Shown here one piece after another: positions 26,816 to 39,490 of a DNA stretch of 64,000 bases. Numbering within the stretch: position 1 is the stretch's first letter; every line of letters starts with the position of its first letter. The translations under genes and the position numbers were made by a program. The notes under the pieces are model-generated. The model was not told where the DNA came from and did no database searches. It saw only the letters and a program-made list of their open reading frames with translations. Origin of the DNA: Octopus bimaculoides (lineage: Eukaryota); contig NC_069001.1 of assembly GCF_001194135.2 (NCBI RefSeq), forward strand, positions 39,800,080 to 39,864,079. The letters run 5' to 3'.

Positions 26816-27382
26816 GATAAGCTTTGTTTCTGTGGCTTTTCAAAATTTAGAAACAAGTCTTTTATTTTATTTTAGCTAAATTAACACAGCTTCAGGTAAG
26901 GAGAACATAAACAACAACAAACAAATCAATGTATTTTTTAATACTGAGAAGAACACATTGTGTTTTTACCTTCCTTACACATTCCTTCTGTCTTGATGAA
27001 GGACTAATACCCAAAATATCAGCTTACTTTCTCTCCCATCATACCATGAAAATCATTGTTGCTCATGGCTTAGCCCTCTATTATTTACATGGATTAACAT
27101 CAAACATTACTGATGTAGACTCCACTCAGATTACCCTTGGCACTTTTTATTACATAACACAACTTCAGTCTATTGTCTACAACTTCTTTTATAGCCTGAT
27201 TTCTAGAGGTTTTAATGAAACCTGTTCATTTAAATGGGTGCAAACAAAGGCTTTGTATTAACATTTATTCTTCCTTCTTCTCCCTTTTTCTCCTTTTCTT
27301 TATCTCTCTCTAACTCAGTTGTTTTATCTATCTCTTTCCTCTTCTTCTCATTTTATATTTCTCTTTATCTAATTATCTCTGC

Positions 27383-27446
27383 CTGTCTCTCTGGTTAAAT
27401 ACCTCTCTACTTCTCTGTCTCTCTGGCTAAATACCTCTCTACTTCT
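27383..27446. repeat. Tandem duplication of a 32-bp unit
   Basis: ctgtctctctggttaaatacctctctacttct is followed by ctgtctctctggctaaatacctctctacttct (one mismatch). Confidence 0.9.
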
Positions 27447-27483
27447 CTGTCTCTCTCTTTTTCTATATATATATTATATTAGC

Positions 27484-28322
27484 TATCTATAATACATTAA
27501 AAGTCAGATTGAATCTTGCTTGCTTGCAATGTTACTCAGGCAAACTGGTGCATAATGGGAAAATACTATGAATTAAAGTGCCCCTGAAATGTAAATACGA
27601 GCGGAATGAAACAAATTTTGCGTAAATTGGATAAGTAGTTGTGAAGGTATTAAGGGTTTTCAGAGTATGAATACCCAAAATGGTGCTTAATGGGAAAAGT
27701 CTCCAAAATTAACTTGATCCTGGAAGGGAAGTAACTCTTACCTTTCAATTATACAGTGACTTTGACAACGAAAAATGTTTCTATTTTCGCTTTCCTTAAA
27801 CACAATATTTTAATCATTTAGAAATATTTTTAAGTGAATGTGATTTCAAAAATGTAAGTTGTTTGTACAAAAATTATTTATATTTTAGCTTTCTTTAAAC
27901 AGACAATATTTTAATGATTTTTAAAATTCTTTTCAAGTGAATACCATTACGAAAATTCTTTTTGGCATAAATATTTTGTAAAAGACCAATCCATAAACTC
28001 AGTGTGAAATAATTTTTTCCTTAGGTTTTTTCCAGTGCTTTCAACATATCACACTTCCAAAGATTTGGCTGGTATTTCTAGCATGCCCTGCTACCACGTA
28101 ACTGCTATTTGTGATAAAGGACCCACAATATCTGTTACATGGTAGCTGGGCATACAAGAAATAGCAGCCAAATCTTTCCTTTTCTGGAGAAAGGAGCTGC
28201 TTACGTGTGATTTCGGTGGAAAGCATGCAAAATAACCTGGAAAAGAAAAAAAAATTCTCATGAAACAAAACTCCGTTGCTGGGAAACTCAGACTTTCCCA
28301 GTAGGTCACGGGTAGTTTCTAC
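27484..28322 (-). mobile_element. Putative non-autonomous Helitron/Helentron-like repeat
   Basis: In minus orientation it starts gtagaaactacccgtgacctactggg and ends cttttaatgtattatagat. This end architecture resembles the element at 42247-43759. Confidence 0.4.
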
Positions 28323-28789
28323 CCCTTTCTATCAAACTTTATGCCTCTGTAGCATTCTATCATTATTTCATTTACTTACAACTACATAAGCAGACATAGA
28401 TAGTCGTTAGAATAATATAATGGAGAACCTTAAGACAAGTTAATTAGTGGTAAACTACAGATTTCTACTTCTTGTATGTAACTATTTCATTTAGTTTACT
28501 TATGTCCTCTGGAGAGGTGTGTATGCCACAAACTCCTAATCATTTACTCATTGAATACAATAAAATTTTAATTACTTGATCACAAGATTACTAATTTCAA
28601 GTTTACAAATCAGCTTTAACTGGTTTAAACGCGCTTTGCTTACTTCAGATTGTGTAGTTTTAATTTAAAACTTTATAACCAGTTTACTTTCAAATTTAGA
28701 AAGTTATTAATGGTGTGAATATTTTCTTTCTAAAAAAATCTCAAAAAATTTAATGACATCAAAACTAATTTATAATCATGAATGGAGGA

Positions 28790-29420
28790 GAATGGAGGAG
28801 GATAGCTGCGTGAAAAAGTGCCACACCCTAACAGTTGAGGGAACCCGTGGAAGAGGTAGGCCCAGGAAGACCTGGGCTGAGGTGGTGAGGCAAGACCTTC
28901 GTACATTGGGCCTCACCGAGGCGATGACTACGGACCGAGACCTTTGGAAATGGGCTGTGCGTGAGAAGACCCGGCAAGCCAAGTAAGATCGTTGCCAGTG
29001 CCCCTGGACTGGTTCTTGTGCGGGTGGCACATGAGATGCACCATTTTGAGCGTGGCCGTTGCCAGTACCGCCTGACTGGCTCCTGTAGGATTTTCGAGCG
29101 AGATCGTTGCCAGTGCCCCTGGACTGGCTTGTGCGGGNNNNNNNNNNNNNNNNNNNNNNNNNNNNNNNNNNNNNNNNNNNNNNNNGGCACATAAAAGACA
29201 CCATTTCGAGCGTGGCCGTTTTCGTGCGGGTGACACGTAAAAGCACCCACTACACTCTCTGAGTGGTTGGCGTTAGGAAGGGCATCCAGCTGTAGAAACT
29301 CTGCCAAATCAGACTGGAGCCTGGTGTTGCCATCCGGTTTCACCAGTCCTCAGTCAAATCGTCCAACCCATGCTAGCATGGAAAGCGGACGTTAAACGAT
29401 GATGATGATGATGATGATGA
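28790..29420 (+). mobile_element. 5'-truncated young RTE-type LINE: ORF C-terminus, repetitive 3' UTR and (GAT)n tail
   Basis: Intact frame RMEEDSCVKKCHTLTVEGTRGRGRPRKTWAEVVRQDLRTLGLTEAMTTDRDLWKWAVREKTRQAK* contains the RTE C-terminal GRGRPRKTW and DRxxW motifs. It is followed by repeated gatcgttgccagtgcccctggactgg units. Confidence 0.9.
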
Positions 29421-30211
29421 AACAATTTATTTAGTATTTCATACTTTTAATTGTTTTTATTCAGTTTAATTATGTTTTGGTTTCTTTAGTTCCACATTCA
29501 AACTTAAAATTTCAAGAATTAAATATCATTTCCTCTCTTCATCTTTTCCTCTCTCTCTCTTTCTATCTCTCTACTTTTTCTTTCCATAAACCACAAAATA
29601 TGACTTCTTTACTATGCAGCGAGGAACACAATCAAAGCTAAATAGCTTTTAAATGTTTTACTTTCCTGATAAAATAATAGATTAAACACAAATCTTTGAC
29701 AATCTTTATTGAAATGAATAGAAAACTTGTTAATGATGTTTACACTTGTAATTATTATGTACTCGTCACCCCTCTAACTGTTGGTGATATCAGTTATGTT
29801 AGAGAAGTCTTTTAATGTAATTAGTATCACAGAACTTGCATTCAAATATGAATAATTCATGTTCACAGGCATTCTAATTAGCATCACTTTTGTGTATGTG
29901 TGTGTGTGTATTCATATTTTCTTCATAAGAATTTTACAAGAGATAAATATCAATTTTAATGAAAGCAAATTTTATGTAAATGTGCTTCATTTGCATATTT
30001 TCTGTCTTTGGTTTAATTAGTGAGATTATACTTAAATTATTTTAACGGGTTATTTTTACATTACTATACCTGTGTGTTGCACATGCACACATATATTTGT
30101 GTGTGTAAGTGTGTGTGTACATATGTGTGTGTGTGTGTATATATATCATTATCGTCATTGTCCTACCCATGCTAGCATGAAAGGAGGACGTTAAAAAATG
30201 ATGATGATGAT

Positions 30212-30292
<81 letters not shown>

Positions 30293-31071
30293 GCATAAAT
30301 ACACACATACACTCACATGCACATAGCACATTATGCACACATACATACATGTGTATATATGCATATAAATATACTTTTCATTTTATACATACACATATGC
30401 ACACGTGTATGTCTTTACATATACACGTACATGCACATGCATCCACACACACACACACACATATATGTATGTATTTATGCATACCCTCATACACTTGCAC
30501 TTGTTTCGAAAAACTCTATATTTAACAAATAACAAATTGTAGGCAAGATGTCCACTCAGAAATCTCTTGTTCATCAAAATATATTAATGAACACTTTACA
30601 ATGCAATAATTGTCATTCTTAATTAAGTACATCGATACAATAGCCTTCATTTATGTTCGGGGATTGGGTGTCTCTCCTGTATTTCAAAGATAACTTGCTA
30701 TTTTAATACACATTTACATTTATATAGAAAGAAATTTTGTTCCTTAAAACTCATTTATTCATATTTCTTGTGTTTATTGATGCCCATCAAATCAAAATGG
30801 GATTTCATGTTAAGCAATGATTTATTTAGCTCTCACTAAATGATAATACAAAAGTAGTTTTATTGTACGATACACATAATGGATCCATTTTGCTGATTGA
30901 TAATGCAAAGTATTTTTATGTTTAAGACTGAAAATTATCAATAGTACAGTGCTTAAAGTTTATCCTTTGTCAGTCTTCATATACAATGAATCAAGATGGG
31001 CTGTCTTACTAAATTAGACATTACTAATAATCACATCACGCTATTTAAGTTTATACATATATATATACATA

Positions 31072-31339
31072 CAGTGGCGGACTGGGTCTAAAAATATTGG
31101 TTGCCAGGAGACTAAGGGGGCCCACACGCAACTACAGTGGTATCGTTTTTGTTTTTTATGTTAAAAGTATTCTTTTCATCTGTCTACAAACACAGCCAGG
31201 CTGAAATAATTAATGCATTCTTCCAGGAGTGAATAAAAAATTCTCAAACTTGAGGAGATGGGCCCCCATATATGGATTCTGATGGTGCAGGGTCCCACTT
31301 GCCATTAGGCAACCTGGCAACCTGGCCATTCCGCCACTG
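31072..31339. mobile_element. hAT-like MITE (268 bp)
   Basis: TIRs CAGTGGCGGACTGG and (reverse complement) CAGTGGCGGAATGG. Flanks tatacata and tatacatg match 7 of 8 bases, consistent with an 8-bp target-site duplication. Confidence 0.75.
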
Positions 31340-31341
31340 TA

Positions 31342-31383
<42 letters not shown>

Positions 31384-31931
31384 AAGTTTGTGTGTCTTTG
31401 TATGTTTGAAATTTGTGTGTCTAAATGTATAAAGAACCTTTCTTGTGCTCTGGCTTCTATTGAATGTTTTTGATATTGACTACCTGCCAATGCTTTACCA
31501 TCCATACCTTTATGCCTTTCTGCTGTCACCCCTCCTCTTATTTATGCTTAGCTTCCTCTACTCCCTCCCTCCCCTCCATTTTATCAAATTATTCTCATTC
31601 ATTTTGTTATTTTAAATGTGAATCCAATATTTTAACTATTTATATAAATTAAACTGGGAGAAAAATATTTAGGAGTCCCAGATTTTTTAAAATTTTATAA
31701 AATTAAAGGGTCATTTGGTCTGAGTAATATATCAGTGGAACTGTCAAATTTTCACATGCGTACTTACACATCTCTTAGGGTGGGAATCCTAAATTTTGGG
31801 ACAGGAGAGAGAGAGAGAAGATGGAGAGATGCGGAAATTTTCATAAAGGTACTATTGGATGTCAGGCAACTTTGTAATGAAATTTGATAACTAAATCTTA
31901 CATTAATTCTTCCAATACTACGCTATTTCAG

Positions 31932-32247
31932 CCCTCTGAGAAGCAGGACTTTTCATGGGGACTGAGGCCCGAACACGCAGCCCATATTCCTGCTCCTAGA
32001 CCTGGAACGGGTTCTAGTAAAGGGTTACTTTTTACACATACAGCAGTGCCTCTTTCACCGGTATCACCTCGTTCTCCATTGCCTCCTCAGAGTCCTCTTG
32101 GTTCCCCAATGGCATCGCCGAGTATGCATCGACGTTCTGTGTCTCCACGTAGAGGATTAGACGTGGGGTTCGCATCTGCTGTTTCAAATATAGTTGATCA
32201 AGCACATTCTATAGCAGAACATGAAAGACACAGGAAACACAGAGGAG
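31932..32247 (+). CDS. Cav2: Cav2 C-terminal tail exon, Pro/Ser-rich: PSEKQDFSWGLRPEHAA...GLDVGFASAVSNIVDQAHSIAEHERHRKHRG
   Basis: Acceptor ctatttcAG and donor GGAG|GTGAGT. Length 316 nt (phase 0 to 1). It lies inside ORF 31884..32393 and is clearly richer in GC than its flanks. Confidence 0.88.
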
Positions 32248-35200
32248 GTGAGTCAATTATTATATTATTATTATTATTATTATACAACAAATTTGCTTTA
32301 ATATTGAAATTTTCATTTTTCAGATTAAAACTTTACTTCAGTTATTTTGATCTAATTTACACAATTTTTTACTTCAATTTACAACTGAAATGAGTTGACT
32401 ATGTAATTGGTGAAACATGAAATTAGTAAAGTAGAAAATTAGTCAACTGTATCCTCAAGTAAACACTCAAAGGACATTTTCAGATTTAAAGTGTCCATCA
32501 ATATAATAAACACAGGTTTGTGTATGTGTCTTGTGGAAATATTTGCATGTATATGTGAGAGGGAGTGTGTGTCGTGTGTGTATATGCACATACATACTTA
32601 ATATAAGTGTGTCTGTATGCACAGAAGAAAATGGAAGCATAATCAAGCAGCTTCTGTTGAATAAGTGTATGTTTGTGTGTGATAAAAATAATAATTCTAC
32701 TGATAATGTAGCATTTTCTACTCGCAATTATATTTATATATTTTTACCAAATTTGTGTAAATGTGTATAGAATAATATATCAGTTGAATAAAGTTACATG
32801 ATCTGGTTTTCAAATTTTTTATTATTGTATTTGAAAAAAATTTTTTTTACAATGTTGAACTGTGTTAAACATGAAAAAAAAATTTTTGGTTTGTTCATAA
32901 AGTTCAATTATCTCTTTCATAAATATATATATATATATATATATATCAGCTGGTAATAACTTTATGGCACTTATAGTGAGTGATTTGGATTAAAGCCTGT
33001 TCATTCCATCTTCTTGTATTAAAATTATATTAGATTGATAGATATAATTTCTCAATCTGAAATTTAAAAAAGTTCACTTAATGACTGCCTCCCTTATTAT
33101 AAATGTTTCTTTTTCTGTCTCTAATAAAGAATTGGAATGAAATTCTCATTCTTTTTCTGATGAAAGAAACTCATGGCAAATCTTTAGAGACATTATTGTA
33201 TGTTCTGATGCTGTTGTTGGTTTTAAACTTTACATTAATCTATTCAGGTATCTCTGTGGTCATATTGCAATCTCACTACCCCCCACCACACACACACACA
33301 TTTACCATTCTGAAGATTAAGTTTCTATTAATATTTGGTGAACAAAACAAAACAGTAGACTCCAAGGAAACCTGTGATTCTTGTGTATGTCAGTAAATAT
33401 AACACTTGCCAAACTAGAATTTGAACTTGGAACAATATTTCTAAACTAAGGATAATGCAAGTAACTTAGTGAATAATAACATGTCTTATCTTAAGAAATA
33501 TAAGTCTCTAATTCCTGAATTATCATATAACAACTTCAATCAAGACTTAGACTTCACGTCTCCTCCTCAAAGTTTACTAAACTGCAGAACCACACTAAAG
33601 TTTTGTCCATTGTATCCCAGATCCCTAGGGCTGCCATCTTGGTTGGAGAGCTTGCAGTTTTTCTCTCTATCAAAAGGGTTCATCTTAAGAAAAACATCAG
33701 AAAAATAAATTACAAAGAACAAAAAGAAGAAAAATAGAGAGAGGGAAGAAAAGAGTAATTAAATAATTATAATCTTGTTGAGACAAGAATTAGCGTTAAT
33801 TAACCTAGTGACTGCAGTTCATCAACTCTAGTTTATTGTTCTGTTATTACATTGGAATTGTATATTATCTGCTTTTCAGAGATCTTTCCAAGCGAACAGC
33901 AAGCAACTTGGATATAAATGGACAGGGTATACTTTCATATAGATGTTTATATTCTAACTTTGAGATGAATCTCTGGCTATGGTTCTTGATAAAAGATAGA
34001 CATCACACAAAATGTTTAATTCAGATCATACTCACCACCATTTTCATCATCATCATCATTATTGTGGTTGTTTTAATTTTCTGCTTTTACTGGTTTCAGT
34101 CACTGAACTGTGACTCTATGGAGACACAAACTTTGCAGGGGTTTCATCATTGCTAAATCCCATTTTTCAAACACACTATTTTTAATCGGCAGAAGTTACA
34201 AAGGGATTTAAGAAATGAGTCATGAAACTCTCAGTCTCAGAGTCTCAGAAACTCCCTGAGTCACTTGATAATTTCTGCCAATTAAAAATATTTCTTTCTA
34301 TTATAGGCAGCATTACTATCATCATCATCACTACCATCATCACCATGTGTTGTTGCTATCCTTACTTCAACAAATTCTTCATAAATTTCAAGAAAACTAA
34401 ACCAATTATTTACGATTCGTTTAGTTGTGTTTGTAAATTTTGATTAATTGTATCTATTGGTTTATTAAAACGTTTTTTGTGATGTCTTCTTGTTTAGATA
34501 TTTCTAGTGTGAGGGAACACTTATTGAAACACTCTTTTGCTATCTTCTGCTTTCTCACTCTCAGTACTTACATTATTTAACCAGTGATCTCTACAAACTC
34601 CATTCACAAAATATAATGAACAACTGGGAATTTGTCTTGGGTTCCATGGAATATTTTCATTTTAAATAAAATTTAGCATCACAGTCTTTATTTCTGCATC
34701 AAATTTGGTAGCATCTTCATGTAACCTTGGCAATGAAATTTGCTCAAAAGCTTCTTTAATATTTTAATGGTGTTGTCCTTTAGGTCAGTGTTGGTGCTCC
34801 CACCCCTCCCCTTGAGGGCAGGTGAAACAAACAAGATACAACAGGACATTTAAATCAAACCATTGAATTTATAAAATGAAAGGTTTACTTCTCAGTCCAG
34901 GTACAACCCTTCAAGTTGTGTTTACAATTCACTCTTGATATTAAAAAAATTATCCATATTCCTGGTCAAGATTTTGTAATTTCAATGTGGTGTAACTTAA
35001 TGATGTCAGCTATTGAAGAGTGTGAAAGTTACCTTACTGTCTTCCCCAGACAATTTAAACTTTTTTGACATTGAACATAGGAGGGAATCTACACCAAGAA
35101 CTCGAATCAGATCATTTTCCTTCTTTTGTCACCATTTGTCAGAAACAATTGGGGATATGCCTCATATTCATTAATTGCAGAATTTCTGTGCTATCTTGAT

Positions 35201-36229
35201 GGATTTCAAACTAAAATTGTAATCATTAAGGTTAACATTTTTATCTGTCTTTAATGCTTAAGTAAAATGAAGACTCCTTCAAGATTCTTAATTGCAGTTT
35301 CATTGTTTGAAGAAACCTGGAAGACAGCAGTATATCAACTGATTAAATTAACCCCAATATATGACAGTATTTTAGGAGTAGTTGCAGAGATAAAATGAAT
35401 TAGCAGTATATAAATTATAGCAAAATAATTAGAAATGACATGTGGATTTCATCTATGAACTCTATTCTACTTTTCCATCCTGATATGAGTTGGACAAGTC
35501 TTATTGGTGTCATTACCCTCTGGGATAGCTATTATTCCTATTCCCAACCATTTTGCTGAATGTACATTTTAACATGACACCAGCACTAAAGAGGTTGTCT
35601 TTCTCCCAGTTATGCCAAAAGTCCACTCTAGAGTAGACTTTTAGTTTATTCATTGTCTCTGTTTCTGTTTATAAAAAGAAATATAACATTAGAAAGAGCT
35701 GAAATTATGCAAATATTGGGTTTTTTTATCTTAATAATTTTCATTACTACAGCATAACAGGCATTACATTCCAGTGTTGAAATTCTAATTCCTACTACTT
35801 GCTGTTCAGTTAGTTCCAGAAACAGATCTTAAACTTTCTCATTCTCTCATTGGTTTAATTTATTGGGTTGTGGCGCCGATCTTGTGCAATACATTTAATG
35901 GTTTTAAACTACCAAACTCTAACCAACTAACTTTGATACTCAACAATTTCTATGAAATGGGTAATTGTCTCCACTTTTTCTCTATAAGGTTGTACAGATT
36001 TAATTTTCTTTTCAAATATTTAGCTTTCATTCTCTTCTTTGACTTATCATTTATGAAATTTAAATATCTCATAAAAATTTTCCAAGTTTAATCCACCCCA
36101 AGTTTTGTAATTGAAATTTGATTGATGAAAATTTTGTAGAATCCTATCATTTTAACGACCAATAACTGATACTTCATACTTTGGTACTAAAAAAAAGAAG
36201 GAAAAAAAACTAATGTATTATATATGGGA

Positions 36230-36420
36230 GAATATACAAATAATAACAACAGACGAGGACAGGTGGTGTAAATAACAAAAGTATATATTAGTATGACGCT
36301 CGGGAATACGGAAAGTCTTTGACGTTTCGAGCTACGCTCTTCAACAGAAAGAATACGGAGACAAGGAGAAAAACACGGAGAAAAAAAATTGAATAGTGTT
36401 CAGTCAACGGTCAATCACTA
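36230..36420 (-). mobile_element. Repeat fragment resembling a Penelope-type terminal region
   Basis: CpG-rich island in AT-rich DNA. The reverse complement contains gaagagcgtagctcgaaacgtc, similar to Penelope terminal motifs as I recall them. No ORF support. Confidence 0.35.
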
Positions 36421-39064
36421 CTGCATAGGAATCTTTCAGCCTCGTAGCATCTTATTTGGCATTGCAGGCCACAAAAGACAGTTTATTTCACTCAGCCTCC
36501 CATCAAAGCAAGTAGCCATTAAACCTTTGAACCCCAACCACCCACAGGAATTGAATGCCCCACCCTAAGCTCCCAGCAAGTTTCACTGAAAATTTTTAAT
36601 TTTAGAATAATCCTTCACACAGTTTAACTCCCCCACTATTTGGCTCTTCAGGTACCTTTGGTTGAGTTCCCCTGTTCCTCCACCATTTTGCTCTTTAGGT
36701 GCCTCTAGCTGAATCCACTCTGTTGCAAGTATACAAGTTATGTCTTTGAAAAACAATTTCATTCCATCATTTTCAAAGACTTTAATAAGGGTCATAGGTA
36801 TTGTTTTCTTCCTGTAAATTAAGGGAAATGGAAAAAAAGAAATGTTTCGTTCTATTTTGTAATTTCTTTTCACTAGTTTCAGTCATTGGAGTGTGGCCAT
36901 GCTGGGGCACTCCCTTGAAAAACAAATATCTACATCTATGCATGGAACTTAATTCTAATTTTTCCAACACTGAGGCTATTTTGCATGAAGTCTGGTTTGG
37001 GTCGAAGTTACTTTCCATTATTCCTCACAATTTTTTCCATATTCTTCATGGGAATTTATATTTTGTAAATACTGTTTCATAGTTTCAGCTTTCTATGGGT
37101 ATCTAGGACTATATTGTCTCATGTATCCTTCCCTTATATGAGATAGTAGTCTAATTTGAGGGAAATTCGGCTGCTATTTTTAACAGGCCATGTAACTATA
37201 TAGAGACTCTTATATTTAGCATTTTTATATTCAGCTTGTCTAATTTTTAAACCAGCAATTTGTTTTTTAATCAATATTAAAAATCTTACATTATTAGCCT
37301 TTATAATATGAGGAAAACATATTTGCTTCATTACAAACGTGTCTCCTTTTGTCCAATTATTTATTTTTCTAAAATTTGGTCCTTATTTCCAGGTTATTTT
37401 TATGAAGGTAAGAAACAACAATGAAATTATTTGCAAATCTGTTTAGATTTATTTCCACTTCACTTTTTTTTTTTATTGCATCCCCCAAAAGTATTATTTC
37501 ACCAATTCTCTCTAATTAATATAGTCCTAATGTTTGTTTCTCACCTTGGTTTAGATAATATTATGTTTTACTCACCTGGTGTTTCTATTATCTCGCAGCT
37601 GAGCACCTTCTTATTGTCCCTGTCTTATTTATTTCCTTATCACGTTCTCTATGTAGTTGAAGCTCTTAAAATCATTTTAACATTTTATTTTTCTGTTGGC
37701 ACAAGTAAATAATACTCTAGCATCTTGACATAGTTTAGATTTCACTGAATAAAAACTATCCGAATCATTGAAGTGTTCCTACCCCAAAGAAGGAACCAAT
37801 TTTATTTAAGCAGTTTCAGTTAGAAAATTAATCATTTCTTTGTATTTCAATGGAATTGATAGAACTTTCCAAATCAATACATTTTTATTTTATTTGCATA
37901 TTTAGCATCTGTTATTCTCGTTCCTCTTCCTTATTAATTAATAGCAATGATTTATCATCTGCTAATTATACCCTCACCATTTTAAACTGTCACCTTTTTC
38001 CGTTGTCTTATGATTGTAACATCCAAACTTACAGTGATTTTTCTATTCCACAACTTCACCATTCTTCAATCTTGTTTTATGATTAAATTTCAGTATTATT
38101 TTATTCTATTTTATTTTCAAACCCTTTAATTACTTGTTATTCTTACAATAATTACCTAAAACCAATATGAAAGAATAAGAGACTTTCCCACTAAATAATT
38201 TGTCCATTATATTCATGGTAAACTCTTTCTTCTCTATTCATTGAGTGACCAATGTCTCTTGCAAAGTTTGAACTTACCTATCAATGCCCTTCACTCAAAT
38301 AGATGCTCATTGCTTTTTTCAGTCCACAGGTGAAACTTTCAATCTGTTATGTTTCCACATATTATTCCACATTACATGGAATTACAATATTCTTAGTCTG
38401 GAATCATAAAACTTTACAAATTGTTCATTTCTATTTTTATGTCATCATCTAAATATAACCTTCTGTATCCCTATTTTTAAAAGATGTACTTCTTAACTGT
38501 ATTTGTTGTAAGAGGCAACTAACTTCTCTCTATAATATTTACCAACAAATACAATTGCCAGTCCCCCCACTGCCACCTGTTTGTTTGTTTTTTTTTACAA
38601 TAAATTATATTTGATGTATAAAACTACTTGGAATTTATAAATTTCTCAATTGTTTCCAGATTATTATTTTGATGATGGTAAGAAAAGTCCTGTCTATATT
38701 TTCACTGATTTCATCATCATCATCACTTTATTATTACTACTGCTATTACTCTTGTTGTTGTCATTGTTGTGGCAGGCACTATGGTGCACCAATAGGTTCT
38801 TAGTAAACCAAGTTTCTTCACCTAATTAAAACTAATAGAAGTGTAAAAATGTTTTGCAAAAATTAAACTTCTTTTCGCCCACCACACCCATTTTATAAAT
38901 TTAGATTCTTTTTTTCCTCCTTACAAAATATTTATTGACATAAAAAGTATATTGAATTACATAAATATTCCATATTAAAATCCAAAACCATAGAAAACAC
39001 AATTTTGAGTGAAAAGTGGGGAAAAAAGGAAGCAAGAAGAAAAACATCAATTCTATTCTAAGTG

Positions 39065-39490
39065 CATCAGTTGTTTGCAGAGTATAAGGTTCAGCAGAAC
39101 TTAGAGAAGCAAGCCAACACATTCATGGCATTACTGTGGGTGATGGCAAGGCATTGGAACAGTCAAACACACTCATGGGTATCACCTGACACCTCAGTAA
39201 GACGAGCTGCTAATGACAACAAGAACTTCATTGTCAGCAGCCCAGCTCCTCCAGAAATCTCAAATGCCACTGACTGGAAGAAATGGTTCACCAATAAGTC
39301 CTGATACTCTTAAGCATTTTGTTCCATTCAGCTACAGAAACAGTGACCCTCCCATCCAGGAGTCACTGACTGTGGCGTCCCAGATGAGGCACATAGCGCT
39401 TATGCAGGGGCAATGGATAAGACCATCTGGTCTTTTGCCATCACTTCTGGATAATCCTGCTGGCTCCAGAACTGAGGGAATATTTACCTG
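39065..39490 (-). mobile_element. 3' end of a degraded CRE-like non-LTR retrotransposon (restriction-like endonuclease domain)
   Basis: Minus frames read VNIPSVLEPAGLSRSDGKRPDGLIHCP...CLIWDATVSDS and then YQDLLVNHFFQSVAFEISGGAG..TMKFL..LAARL..VSGDTHE...LFQCLAI..SNA. This is the PD..D endonuclease pattern of CRE-clade elements. Not present in the ORF track. Confidence 0.8.

Noticed and set aside
32248-32393. Read-through of the 31932 exon into a hydrophobic ESIIILLLLLLY... tail, suggesting a membrane-anchored isoform
   Set aside because: A canonical GTGAGT donor lies at 32248, and the hydrophobic run is a (TTA)n repeat in AT-rich intron.
33882-33926. Possible 45-nt phase-1 exon DLSKRTASNLDINGQG
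   Set aside because: The frame works only with an atypical GAG acceptor two bases after a better CAG; the CAG gives a stop (TAA).
36583-37082. ORFs with a GVPQ-like string, suggesting a LINE reverse transcriptase
   Set aside because: Only a four-residue match, with no collinear RT motifs that I could confirm.
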